From positions 320,001-384,000 of the forward strand of contig CAWBGA010000002.1 in the NCBI GenBank assembly GCA_963788195.1: a stretch of DNA of 64,000 nt, in the 5' to 3' direction. Below are positions 10,699-21,074 of this stretch, piece after piece. How positions within the stretch are numbered: position 1 is the first letter of the stretch; every line of letters begins with the position of its first letter. The translations under genes were made by a program, and so were the position numbers. The DNA comes from Nitrospirota bacterium. Its GTDB lineage: Bacteria > Nitrospirota > Nitrospiria > Nitrospirales > NS-4. The notes beneath the pieces were generated by a model. It was not told where the DNA came from, ran no database searches, and saw only the letters and a program-made list of their open reading frames with translations.

Positions 10699-11765
10699 GA
10701 CAATTTATTGAAGGAAAAACGGTCTTGGTTACCGGCGGCACCGGCTCGATCGGTTCCGAAATCGTGCGCCAGGTCCTGGAGTTCGACCCGAAGATGGTCC
10801 GCGTCATGTCGCGAACGGAGCATATGCAATATGCGCTGATGCAGGAATTGGGAAGGCTTCCGAACCTCGTGTGTTTCATCGGCGATGTGCGAAGTCCTGA
10901 GCGGTTGAACCGGGCCGCCGTCGAGGCGGATGTGATCTTTCATGTTGCGGCGATGAAGCATGTCCCGATCTGCGAATTCAATCCGTTCGAGGCGGTCGAG
11001 ACGAATGTGATCGGCGCGCAGAACGTGGTCAATGCCGCCATCAGCAATCGGGTCAAACAGGTGATAGCAATCAGCACCGACAAAGCCGTCAATCCGATGA
11101 ATGTCATGGGGGGCACGAAGCTGTTGGCTGAAAAGCTCTTCACCAGCGCGCATCACTACGCGGGAGTAAGCGGCACGAAGTTCGCCTGCGTGCGGTTCGG
11201 CAATGTGCTCGGGTCGCGCGGTTCCGTCATTCCCGCATGGCTGGACCAGATCGCGAAGGGGCAGCCCATGACCTTGACCCATCCGGACATGACCCGGTTC
11301 TTTCTCTCGATCCCGCAAGCCGTGAATCTTGTGTTCAAGGCCATGCGCCGGATGGTCGGCGGCGAAATTTTCATCCTGAAGATGCCGGTGCTGCGCATGG
11401 GGGATCTCGCAGAATCTATTATCGACCGGTTCGCGCCGATGTACGGCCGCGATCCAGTGACGGTGGAGCGCAAAGTCGTCGGCATTCGGCCGGGCGAGAA
11501 GATGTACGAGCTGTTGATGTCCGAGGATGAGGCCGCTATCGCGCTTGAGGTGGACGAGATGTTCATCATTCCGCCGCATATCGAGATTCCCCATCGGGGA
11601 TTGATGCGGCGGACCTATGAGGGCGCCAAGGCGGCCCCCAAGATGGGTTATGACTCGCGGCGGGATCTGCCGATGGGCCGCAGAGCGATTCAGGACATGC
11701 TGCGCGTCACCTTCCCCGAGACTGAACAGCCGCTCGAGCGCCTGCCGGTGCCGGTGTTGATCTGA
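10695..11765 (+). CDS. NDP-N-acetylhexosamine 4,6-dehydratase (PseB/CapD-like, Polysacc_synt_2)
   Basis: TGGTGSIG, AAMKHVP, STDKAVNP, RFGNVLGSRGSVIP, GIRPGEK. Confidence 0.9.
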   Translation: MRQFIEGKTVLVTGGTGSIGSEIVRQVLEFDPKMVRVMSRTEHMQYALMQELGRLPNLVCFIGDVRSPERLNRAAVEADVIFHVAAMKHVPICEFNPFEAVETNVIGAQNVVNAAISNRVKQVIAISTDKAVNPMNVMGGTKLLAEKLFTSAHHYAGVSGTKFACVRFGNVLGSRGSVIPAWLDQIAKGQPMTLTHPDMTRFFLSIPQAVNLVFKAMRRMVGGEIFILKMPVLRMGDLAESIIDRFAPMYGRDPVTVERKVVGIRPGEKMYELLMSEDEAAIALEVDEMFIIPPHIEIPHRGLMRRTYEGAKAAPKMGYDSRRDLPMGRRAIQDMLRVTFPETEQPLERLPVPVLI

Positions 11766-11778
11766 TGAAAGGATGGTC

Positions 11779-14441
11779 ATGAATTATCTCGAGCAGAACC
11801 TTGCCATCATGCGCACACGCGACCCGGAATCTGGCCTTATTAATGGAAAGCGAGATCGACTGCAGCCATATCGAAGTGATCCCCGACTCATGATCCAAAC
11901 GTCGTGACCGCGCGGGTCACACTCCCGTCTGGAGAGAAGGTTCTGCTGCACAACATGGATGACCCGATCGGCAGCGCCACAGCGCGTCGGCCGAGAAGCA
12001 GGACATGAAGGCGGAAAACGCCTCGATCCTGCTTGGGCTTTGGCTTGGGCTACCTGGCGATCGAGCTTGCAAAGAAGCTGGAGAAAAAGCATCCCATCAT
12101 CGTATGCGAAGTGGATCCTGCCATCCTGAAGACGGCGCTCACGCATGTGGATTTGTCCGAGGTGCTGAGCTCGGATTTCATCCGCATTTTGGTGGGCGAC
12201 CAGATCCCTTTACAAGATTGGATTCACAAGCTTTCGACTCAAGTTCATGACCGCCAGGGTAGACGTGATTGCTTACGGGCCTTCGAACCGCCTTGACCCC
12301 GACGCGTACCAGCGGCTTACTGAGATTCGCGCAAAAGGAATCCCGCGCGATCATTTTGAATCGCAATACTGTGCTGAAGGCCGGACAGCTGATGATGGAG
12401 AACTGTCTTGTACAATCTTCCGGACGTGCTGCAGTCCGCGGGAGTCCGGAATCTGGAGGGTCTCTTCAAGGGAAGGCCGGCGATCGTCGTCTCCGCAGGT
12501 CCGTCGCTCGAAAAGAATCGTTCACTTGCTGCGGGAACTGGACGGGCGCGCCGTCATTATCTGCCGTCGACACGGCGCTGCGGTTGTTGCTGCCGTTGGG
12601 GATCAAGCCCGATGTCGTCACCACGATTGACTTCAACCCGAAGAACTTCGAGAAAGTTCGCGAACGTCCCGATTGACTCGGATATCTCGCTGGTCTACCA
12701 TCCCGGCGGCTACTACGAAAGCATCCGGGCTTTCCAGGGACCCAAGTTTACCTCGTCGCAGGTACCCAATCCGCATTCCCCACTGGCTGATGCAGTTTGT
12801 GGAGGATAAAGGAGGTCTTCCCTCCGGGACCACGGTGGCGCACTTGTCTTTCTTTCTTGCCCGTCATATGGGATGCGATCCCATCGTGTTGATCGGCCAG
12901 GATTTGGCATTTCCCGCAGAATAAGATCCATGCCGGTGATCTTTCGCTCTGGGACATCAACACGGATGAGATGGAAATGATAGAGGACATCTTCGGCGAG
13001 CCGGTCGGCTCGATGACCTCCTTCAAACATGCGATCTATTTTTTTGAAAAAGCGTTTAAAGAAACCCAGGCGACACATCATTGACGCCACGGAAGCAGGG
13101 GCGAAGAAACAAGGGGCGCTCGTCATGCGCCTCCGCGATGTCATTGACGAGTATGGACAGGTCCCGGCCATCAACATTAAAGAAATACTCCGCACCGCCA
13201 GCAGAAACGTGGAGGCGGTGCGCATGGAGGATCTCCTCCGGGAGCTGGAACAGGTAAACGCGGAGCTCAACGTGGTTCAAAAAGGAAGCCGCGAAATCGT
13301 GCGGGTGGCGAGACAATTACAGAGAAAAATTGTCGCGCGTCAGACTAAAGACGACGAGTTTTTGAAACTTAGCGAGAAGGCAGAAACGCTGACCCAGGCT
13401 ATGGATGAACGAGGCCGGGTTCTGCATCTGCTGGGCGAGCATAATTACGGATTGGAACTCTACATGGTCAGGCATGAGGTCGCGGCAATCGACGAGATCG
13501 AAGAGGTCGACGAGAAGATCACGCAGCAGGTCATGCGGGCAATGGTCTTCTACCCCAGCGTGGCGCAGGCTGCCGAAACATTCAAGAAACCGCTTAACCG
13601 GCTCATCCAAAGACTTCAGCGCGCGCGCGAGCTGGACAGTCAAAGGCCTGATGCGACAGCCTCACCTGAGGTGTGGTATCGGCGTGCGCAGGACTACAAC
13701 AAGATTGAATCGCGACGTGAGGCGCTCGAGTCGGTTCACGAAGCTCTTGTTCTCGATCCGAAGCATGTGCCTGCTTTAAAGCTGCTTACTCGTCTTTGTC
13801 TGGACGGTAACCGGCTGGACGAAGCGCTTGCAGCCTTGAAGGTGCTTGGTGATCTCGCAAAGCCTGATCGCAATCTGGCCAGTCTTAAGCAGGAGGCGCA
13901 GTCAAAACACGATGCCTGGTCTGAACGCTGCACTCGTTTGAACGCTGAATTCAGCCGCAAGATTAGTAAGGAGTCGGAGGAAGAAGCCGGCTGGTTTTAT
14001 TACCGGACCAAGGATTACCCACGAGCCGTAGCTCATTTGGAACGAGTGATCTCCGGAAGTCCGACGGCGGAGGCCTATGCCCGGCTTGGTCATGCCCGCT
14101 CCAAATTGGGAGACATCAACGGTGCCTTCGATGCCTGGGAGAAAGGGATCGAGCTCGATCCCAGCCGTGCTGACCTCTATAAAGAGCTCGGAACGCTTGC
14201 TCTGGCTGAGAGTATGGGTGAGCAGGCGGAGCAGTTTTTACGTGAAGCCTTTCGACTGGAGCCCGATGATGCCGTGACCTGCGAGCGTCTTGCGCCGCTG
14301 TACTTGGAGCGGAGCGCGTATCTGGAGGCCGCACAGTGTTATGAAAGCTTGTTGCGCTTGAGTCCCGGGCGGTCAGATCTGATTCCCCAGATAGCAGCGC
14401 TCTATCAGCGCCAAATTGCGATCGCGACAAATACCCAGTAG
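11779..14441 (+). CDS. Maf/DUF115 flagellin glycosyltransferase 2 with C-terminal TPR repeats; several frameshifts
   Basis: Fragments MNYLEQNL, GFGLGY, PAIVVSAGPSLEKN, GIKPDVVTTID, GTTVAH, LIGQDLAF, IDATEAGA, then TPRs. Confidence 0.8.
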
Positions 14442-14453
14442 ATCTTGTCGACC

Positions 14454-15539
14454 ATGAAAATCATCGACAAATTTGTGGTCCATCAGGGAAAAGAACCTGC
14501 CCTTTTTCCCGGTCTGACGCGCGCCGCGAACGGCAATCTGCTCGTCAGCTTCTGTACCACGTTCGATTGCCAGAAGGGCGGTCGGGCCTATCTGCTTCGC
14601 TCTTCAGACAACGGGAAGACCTGGCCGGAGGGCGCGGTCCTTATGCAATCCCGCAACTCCGACGGCGCCATCAACCTCTCAGTCGGTATGACGAGGCTCC
14701 GGGACGGGACCATTCTCTATCCCTGTTGCGATGCGCGCATCACGAGAAAATGGGATCAGCATGACGCCGACCTAATCATTCTGCGGTCCAAGGACCATGG
14801 AAATACATGGACAGATGGAACGCCGGTCCATGTCGGAGTGAAGGAGCCATTTGCGTATGGTGGGATCATTGAGTTGAAGAACGGGGAGGTTCTCTGTCCC
14901 ATTTGGGGCAAGCGAACGAGCGAGGAGCCGTGGCGCAGCGGTATCGTGCGATCTCGGGACGGCGGTGTGAGCTGGGGTGATTACCGGACGATTGCTTATG
15001 ATTCACAGGTCGTCGTCGGTGCAGGGGCAGACAGCGACGAGGTACATTGTGCCGGCTTCAACGAGACCAGCCTGTTAGAACTCGCGGATGGACGTGTCCT
15101 TGCTGTTCTTCGCCAGCAGGGCGTACACGGAGGGCAGCGTGAGCTCTATCGTTGCATCTCTTCGGACCAAGGGCGCACGTGGGATACCCCGACGCGGCTC
15201 GATGTCTGGGGCACATCTCCTTCGCTACACCTCACCCCATCGGGTGCGCTGATTCTAGGATACCGCAATCACCTCGGTAACCCCCAAGGTCTGGAGACTC
15301 CAGGAGTCGCGGTGAGCGTGAGCCATGACGCAGGAGAAACATGGGGTGAGCATTTCATGCTGGAGGACCCGAAAGGGTACCAGTACCTCCAGGAATTCGA
15401 GGCCGGCTATCCGGCGTTCCTCACCATGCGGGATGGCTCCATTATGGTCGTCTTTTATAGCTTTGACCCTTCTCGAAACGATCGCTATCTCGCCGGAAAC
15501 CTTCTGCTCGAACAACCGACAGTAACGAGCAACAACTGA
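14454..15539 (+). CDS. Sialidase-fold (BNR/Asp-box) protein with no signal peptide
   Basis: Five Asp-boxes SxDxGxxW (SSDNGKTW, SKDHGNTW, SRDGGVSW, SSDQGRTW, SHDAGETW), plus FNE and GYP. Confidence 0.85.
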   Translation: MKIIDKFVVHQGKEPALFPGLTRAANGNLLVSFCTTFDCQKGGRAYLLRSSDNGKTWPEGAVLMQSRNSDGAINLSVGMTRLRDGTILYPCCDARITRKWDQHDADLIILRSKDHGNTWTDGTPVHVGVKEPFAYGGIIELKNGEVLCPIWGKRTSEEPWRSGIVRSRDGGVSWGDYRTIAYDSQVVVGAGADSDEVHCAGFNETSLLELADGRVLAVLRQQGVHGGQRELYRCISSDQGRTWDTPTRLDVWGTSPSLHLTPSGALILGYRNHLGNPQGLETPGVAVSVSHDAGETWGEHFMLEDPKGYQYLQEFEAGYPAFLTMRDGSIMVVFYSFDPSRNDRYLAGNLLLEQPTVTSNN

Positions 15540-15571
15540 CACGTCCGCCTTATTTCTGTAAGCCAGGCCTC

Positions 15572-15599
15572 TAAAGTCTCCTGTTGCCGCATCCGATAG
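15572..15599 (+). promoter_or_regulatory. sigma28 promoter of flagellin
   Basis: TAAAGTCT-N12-TCCGATAG about 160 nt upstream of fliC. Confidence 0.75.
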
Positions 15600-15757
15600 T
15601 ACACCTTAAGGAAAAGTGTCATGCTGTCCAGGCGAAGCGAAAGGAGACTACGCCCGGGGAGGCTTGGAAAAGGAAGTCCAGTAAATCATCAATAGGAAGG
15701 CGCGCGGCAAGGACGTCGGGCGCTGGACAGTGCTCAACAATCAAGGAGGATCTCTCA

Positions 15758-17657
15758 ATGTCTCTCATTATCAATACAAACATCGCCAGTTTGACGGCCC
15801 AGCGGAACTTGGGCCTCAACAACTCACAATTACAGGCTTCTCTGGAACGCCTGTCATCTGGTCTACGTGTGAACCGTTCCGCGGACGACGCGGCCGGATT
15901 GTCCATCGCCAACAAGCTGAGCTTTCAGGCACGCGGTCTGAACCAGGCTGTCAGAAACGCGGGCGATGCGACCTCTCTGGTGCAGACGGCTGAAGGCGCG
16001 TTCAACGTTGTGACGAACATCCTCGGGCGGCTTCGTGAGTTGGCGGTCCAGTCTGCCAGCGATACGAACACCAAAGCAGACCGTGCGACATTAAAGTCTG
16101 AGGCTGACCTGTTGACGGCCGAGCTGACGCGGTTGGCGACAACCACGCAGTTCAACGGCGCCAACCTGCTTGGATGGGTCGTTCTCTTCAGGCAAGGTTC
16201 AGGTCGGCGCGAATGCCGATCAGACGATCTCCTTCTCACTCGCAGATGCCCGGGCATCGCAGCTCGGCAAATTCGCGGCGTTCTCGGCGAACATTGCAGA
16301 CGGCATCGGCTCGCAGGGGACCAGCCAGGCCAGCGGATTCGGCAATTTCACGACAGGCGAGTTCAATGTCAACGGACAATTAGTGGGCGGAACCATCGCG
16401 ACCGACGATCAAGTGTCGACGCTGGAACTGTTCTACGGCCAGACGGGCGGCGTCCTGCAACTAGGCGACGGTACAGCCGGTGCCTCCGGAGCTGCGGGAA
16501 CGAATGCCGCCACGAACATCGCGGGCCAACTTGCTACTGGGACCGTAGGTTTGTACATCAACGGGACGGTCGTGACGGGCCTGGCGAACGTAAGCGGAAC
16601 ATCGGCGTTTGCCGGCACCAGTGCCGCGTTCGCGTCGAACAGCTCGTTCGTCTCAGCTTTTGTCGCCAAAATCAATACGGCGGGCATCACCAATGTCACC
16701 GCCCGTCAGAATGTGGACGGCTCGACCTATAGTCTCGTGGCCACCGGTGGCACGGACATTAAGTTAGCCTTCAGCGGAGCTGCCTCGGTAGGAAGCCTGT
16801 TGAGCAATATAGGATTAGCGAACCAGGTGGTTGGCTCGGGTAACGCGGCCAGCGAAGTCAGCACATTCAACGGCCAGTCGGGCGCCATCGCGAAGGCGGC
16901 GGCGATCAACACCGTGAAGAGCAAATCAGGCGTGACGGCTACAGCGGTAGCCACCGTCTTCTCGCAGGCGACCGCAGTTGCTGCGGGCTCGCTCGTAGCG
17001 GCCGATCTCATCATCAATGGTGTAGCCATTGGTGCCACCACGGCGATCACGGCCGGCGATGCAACCGGCGCCCTTCGCGCCGCCATCAACGCCAAGACGG
17101 CTGACACTGGAGTCGTGGCGTCGGTCAATACGTCGGGCAAGCTGGTTCTGACAGCTGACGACGGTCGCAATATCTCGGTGTTTTCGGGTGCCAGCGGAAC
17201 TTCCGTTGCCGGGCTGGCAGCGGGCGTGGATGTCTATCGCGCGTCGCTGAAATTCGTGTCCAACGAAGAGGTGACCTTCACGGGCACCACCGTAGATGCG
17301 GGCGGCTTGACCACGGGTACTCCGTACCAGCCGGATTTGTCCAACTCGCTGAGCTTGCTCGACATCAGCACTCAGAGTGGGGCGAACACGGCCATCACGT
17401 CAATCGACGCGGCCTTGCAACAGGTCAGCAAGTCGCGTTCCGACGTCGGAGCCCTGCAGAGCCGGTTGGACCTCACGGTCCAGTCCCTGCAGACCGCTTC
17501 CGAGAACCAGAGAGCGGCCGAATCACGGATCCGGGATGCTGACTTCGCTTACGAAACAGCGGTGTTCACGCGTAACCAGATCCTGGTGCAGGCCGGCACG
17601 GCGATCCTGGCGCAGGCCAACTCGTCCACGCAGATCGCGTTGCAGCTCTTAAAGTAA
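15758..17657 (+). CDS. fliC: Flagellin (about 630 aa); frameshift near 16175
   Basis: INTNIAS, LSSGLRVNRSADDAAGL; C-terminal SRIRDADFAYE..QANSSTQIALQLLK; SD AGGAGG. Confidence 0.95.
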
Positions 17658-17674
17658 CAACGTAGGAGAATGAG

Positions 17675-17700
17675 CGTGGGGGGCTGCAGAGCCCCCCACG
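17675..17700 (+). terminator. GC-rich hairpin after fliC (terminator or stabiliser)
   Basis: CGTGGGGGGCT-gcag-AGCCCCCCACG. Confidence 0.65.
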
Positions 17701-17716
17701 CCTTCCCGAGGGACTT

Positions 17717-18052
17717 ATGATTCCTGAGATTGCTCAAATTGAACAGGTGGCTTCGGTCCGTGTCTCCGCGGGCAACGCGGGGCAATTACGGCCAGCACCG
17801 GACGCGAGCCGCTCCAATGGGTCCGCGAAAGCGGCAAAAAATGCCGACCGCGAGGTGCAACCCCGCCGGGCTCCTGTTGCGAATGATCATGGGCTCCGCT
17901 TAACCGTGAAGACGGACACCCATGAAGTGATCGCCACATTGGTCAATACAGAGACCAATGAGGTCATCCGCCAGATTCCGGGGAAGGAGACACAGCGGGC
18001 CGGGGAGGTGATCCGCGGCATTGCTGGGCAACTTTTAGATAAACTCGCCTGA
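17717..18052 (+). CDS. flaG: Flagellar protein FlaG
   Basis: ETNEVIRQIP motif; located between fliC and fliD. Confidence 0.85.
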   Translation: MIPEIAQIEQVASVRVSAGNAGQLRPAPDASRSNGSAKAAKNADREVQPRRAPVANDHGLRLTVKTDTHEVIATLVNTETNEVIRQIPGKETQRAGEVIRGIAGQLLDKLA

Positions 18053-18066
18053 TCCCGCGATTTCCC

Positions 18067-18093
18067 TCAAGTTTCACAGCAAACCCCCGATAA
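18067..18093 (+). promoter_or_regulatory. sigma28 promoter of fliD
   Basis: TCAAGTTT-N11-CCCGATAA. Confidence 0.75.
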
Positions 18094-18115
18094 GAGTATT
18101 AGGTAGGAGTACGCC

Positions 18116-20460
18116 ATGGCTATTACATCCGCAGGTCTTATTTCTGGAATAGACGTCGATAACATCCTCGCTCAGGTGCAGGAGCTCTGCGCAAAAGCCT
18201 ATTCAGATACTCCAGACACGGCAGACCGCATATCAAAACCAAATCAGCGCCGTGCAAGCGCTCAGTTCCAAGCTCTCAACCTTTGCAGCCGTTGCCACAT
18301 CGGTCAATAATCCTGCGAATTTCAATACGCGAACGGCCGATGCCACGAAAACCCCCACGGGGGTCTCAGTCCTGTCGGCGACCACTGACAGCACCGCGAC
18401 CAACGGCTCTTACTCAGTCCTCGTTCAGCAGTTGGCTCAGGCGCAGAAGCAAGCGTCCCAGGGCTTTGTGGATCAAAACACGACCCCCGTGGCGAGTGCA
18501 GCGGGGACCTTTAAATTCAAGGTGGGTAGCGCCGGGACCGAGTATAGCGTCAGTGTTTCCGCGACCACTACTTTGCAAGGGCTGCGGGACGCGATCAACT
18601 CGGCCGCGGGGAGTGTCACGGCGACGATTATCAATGACGGCACGGGCTCCAATCCATACCGCCTGGTGCTGACCGCCAATGCAAGCGGCGCCGACAATAC
18701 ACTCACCCTTACCAACAACGACACGACGCTGGACTTGACGAATAAAAAGGTCGAAGCGGCCTATGCCTCCGTCAGCAACAGTTTCGCCGGAACGGTCTCC
18801 TCGAATGCGGGCGACAACTACACCGGAACCACCAATAAGAGTTTCCTGGTGAAGGCAGTCACCGGAGGCGCGACGGACACGGCCACATACAAATACTCAA
18901 TCGATGGCGGCATCACGTATCTTGGGTATGGCGGCGTAGCTTACAACGCTGCCGCTGTAGGCGGCACTGCCGGCGCGGCCATCGTGGCTGCCTCGGCCCT
19001 TACTGCCATCGACGGAAGCGCAGCCACGAACGAGGGCGTGCAAATTGGATTCGGGGCAATCGGAACGCTGGCAGTCAATGACAAATTCACCGTGGATGTC
19101 TTCAATCCTGCATTTCAAAACGCCCAGGATGCGGTCGTCAAGATCGACGGCACCACGATTACGAAAGACTCCAACAAGATCACCGACGCGATCCAGGGAG
19201 TCACCTTGAATCTGGCTCAGGTTGATGCTGCGAATGCCGTGACCGTAACGGTCGCGTCGAACGCGAGCGGCGCTGCAGAGAAGATCAAAAACTTTGTGGC
19301 GGCCTACAACGATGTCACCAAGTTCCTACACGATCAGTTTACGTTCGATCCCAAGGTCAATACAGCCCGGAGCGTTGATGGCCGATGCGAGCGTGCGCGC
19401 CGTACAGACCTCACTAAGAAGGATCGTCACCGGCAGCATTCTGGGGCTGACGACCGGCAAGTCGAATCTCTCGCAGATCGGTATTACCTCAAATAGCAAG
19501 ACCGGCGCCCTGACCGTTGATGACAGCAAACTATCCGCGGCGATCACCTCCGACCCAAGCGGCGTCCAACGCCTGTTCTTAGGGCTGGGCACGGCCTCGA
19601 ATTCTGCAATCAAATTCCAGGCGCTTGGGCTGAAGACAAGCCCCGGAACCTACGGTGTTGCGATCTCTGTTCCACCGCAGAAGGCAGTTTTGGGTGGTGC
19701 CTCGGATGTCACCTTCCAGGATTTATCGAGCACCGGCATTACCAACGCGGAGATCCTGTCTTTCACCTTCAGCGATAACTACACCGCGACGGCACCCAGC
19801 ACGACCGCCTTCTCCCTGACGTTATTGGCAGGATCGAGGATCAACGATGTCGTGAATGCCCTGAACAGCACGTTCGCGAGCAAAGGCGCCTCGCTCTCGG
19901 CCTCCAATGACAGCGGGCGGTTAAAGGTAACCTCGACAGACTATGGGACGGACATCCGTATCACAGTCGTGTCTGACCAAGCCGGCGCTACCCAAACCGG
20001 CATCGGGTCAGTCGGACTGACGGTACAGGGCGCGGATGTCGCGGGGACTCTTAACGGCCATGCGGCGATCGGGAAAGGCAACCTTCTCACAAGCCAGTCC
20101 GGATTTGCCGAAGATGGATTGAGCATAACAACGGAAACCACCACGACCGGGCTCTTCGGCACCATCGCAGTCTCGCGTGGAATCGGCGACCGGCTGGTCG
20201 GTTCTCTCGCCGACTATACAGATCCCCTGACGGGCATCTTCATCGGCAAGACAAAGAGCTTACAGGGAAGTGTTGACGGGATTTCAAAAAACATCACAAA
20301 CATCACCGACCGCATTACCAAGGAGGGAGACCGTCTGCGAGCCCAGTTAGTCAACCTCGAGAGTCTTCTCGGGAAATTCCAAGCCACCAGCAACTTTCTG
20401 ACAAACGCGCTGGCGAAGCTCCCAAGCTTCTCATCGTCTACAGCAACAAATACACTATGA
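18116..20460 (+). CDS. fliD: Flagellar filament cap protein (about 780 aa); frameshifts near 18190 and 19365
   Basis: GLISGID, VQQLAQAQ, AQDAVVKIDG..SNKITDAIQGVTLNL, FVAAYN, LSQIGI. Confidence 0.9.
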
Positions 20461-20498
20461 GCAAGTCTCCAAGCTTCTCCCGCCTTCGAAAGGACACT

Positions 20499-20913
20499 AT
20501 GAAAACCAACTTCCGCAGCGACAATTTCTCAAAACAGTCAGATCACTCAGGCCGATCCAGCACAGTTGATCGTGCTGCTGTACAACGGAGCTCTTTCTCA
20601 CATCGCTCAAGGACAACAGTTCCATAAAGAGAAGAATTTCGTGCAAGCCGGTCTCGCCATCAGCAAGGCGCAGGCTATTGTGGGTGAGCTTCGGCAGGCG
20701 CTGGATCTGGACTCCGGAGGCGATATCGCGAAGAATTTGGATCGGCTGTATGCCTACATGCATGAGCTGATGGTGAAAGCCATGGCTGTAAGTCGAGTCG
20801 AACCGTTGAACGAAGCGGCCAAGTTGCTGACCGAGCTACGGACAGCCTGGAACGAGGTCGCGACACTGGTCATGCCTATCTATACGAACGAGCCAGCGAA
20901 GGTGAGAGCGTAA
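20499..20913 (+). CDS. fliS: Flagellin export chaperone FliS copy 1; frameshift just after start
   Basis: LIVLLYNGA, KAQAIVGEL, IAKNLDRLY, ELRTAW. Confidence 0.85.
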
Positions 20914-20953
20914 ACTTTTCGAGGTGATCTAGGTCGAAGCATGAATTGGATGC

Positions 20954-20983
20954 CGCCGACAGCGTCTCATGACGCTGTCGGCG
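20954..20983 (+). terminator. Perfect 13-bp inverted repeat between the fliS copies
   Basis: CGCCGACAGCGTC-tcat-GACGCTGTCGGCG. Confidence 0.6.
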
Positions 20984-21074
20984 ACTTCCAAGTGTCTCAT
21001 CCCTTCAGCTCAATAACTCGAAAACATGTGTGGTGAGCGAGCCTCCAAGGTTCTCATCATCTTCAAAGGATAAT

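Noticed and set aside
2676..11780. Long antisense ORFs (2676-3752, 7646-8614, 10314-11780)
   Set aside because: Shadow frames of well-supported plus-strand genes in GC-rich DNA, with no motifs.
15606..15757. c-di-GMP riboswitch in the flagellin leader
   Set aside because: I could not find the class I or II core motifs. The GGA pattern fits CsrA better.
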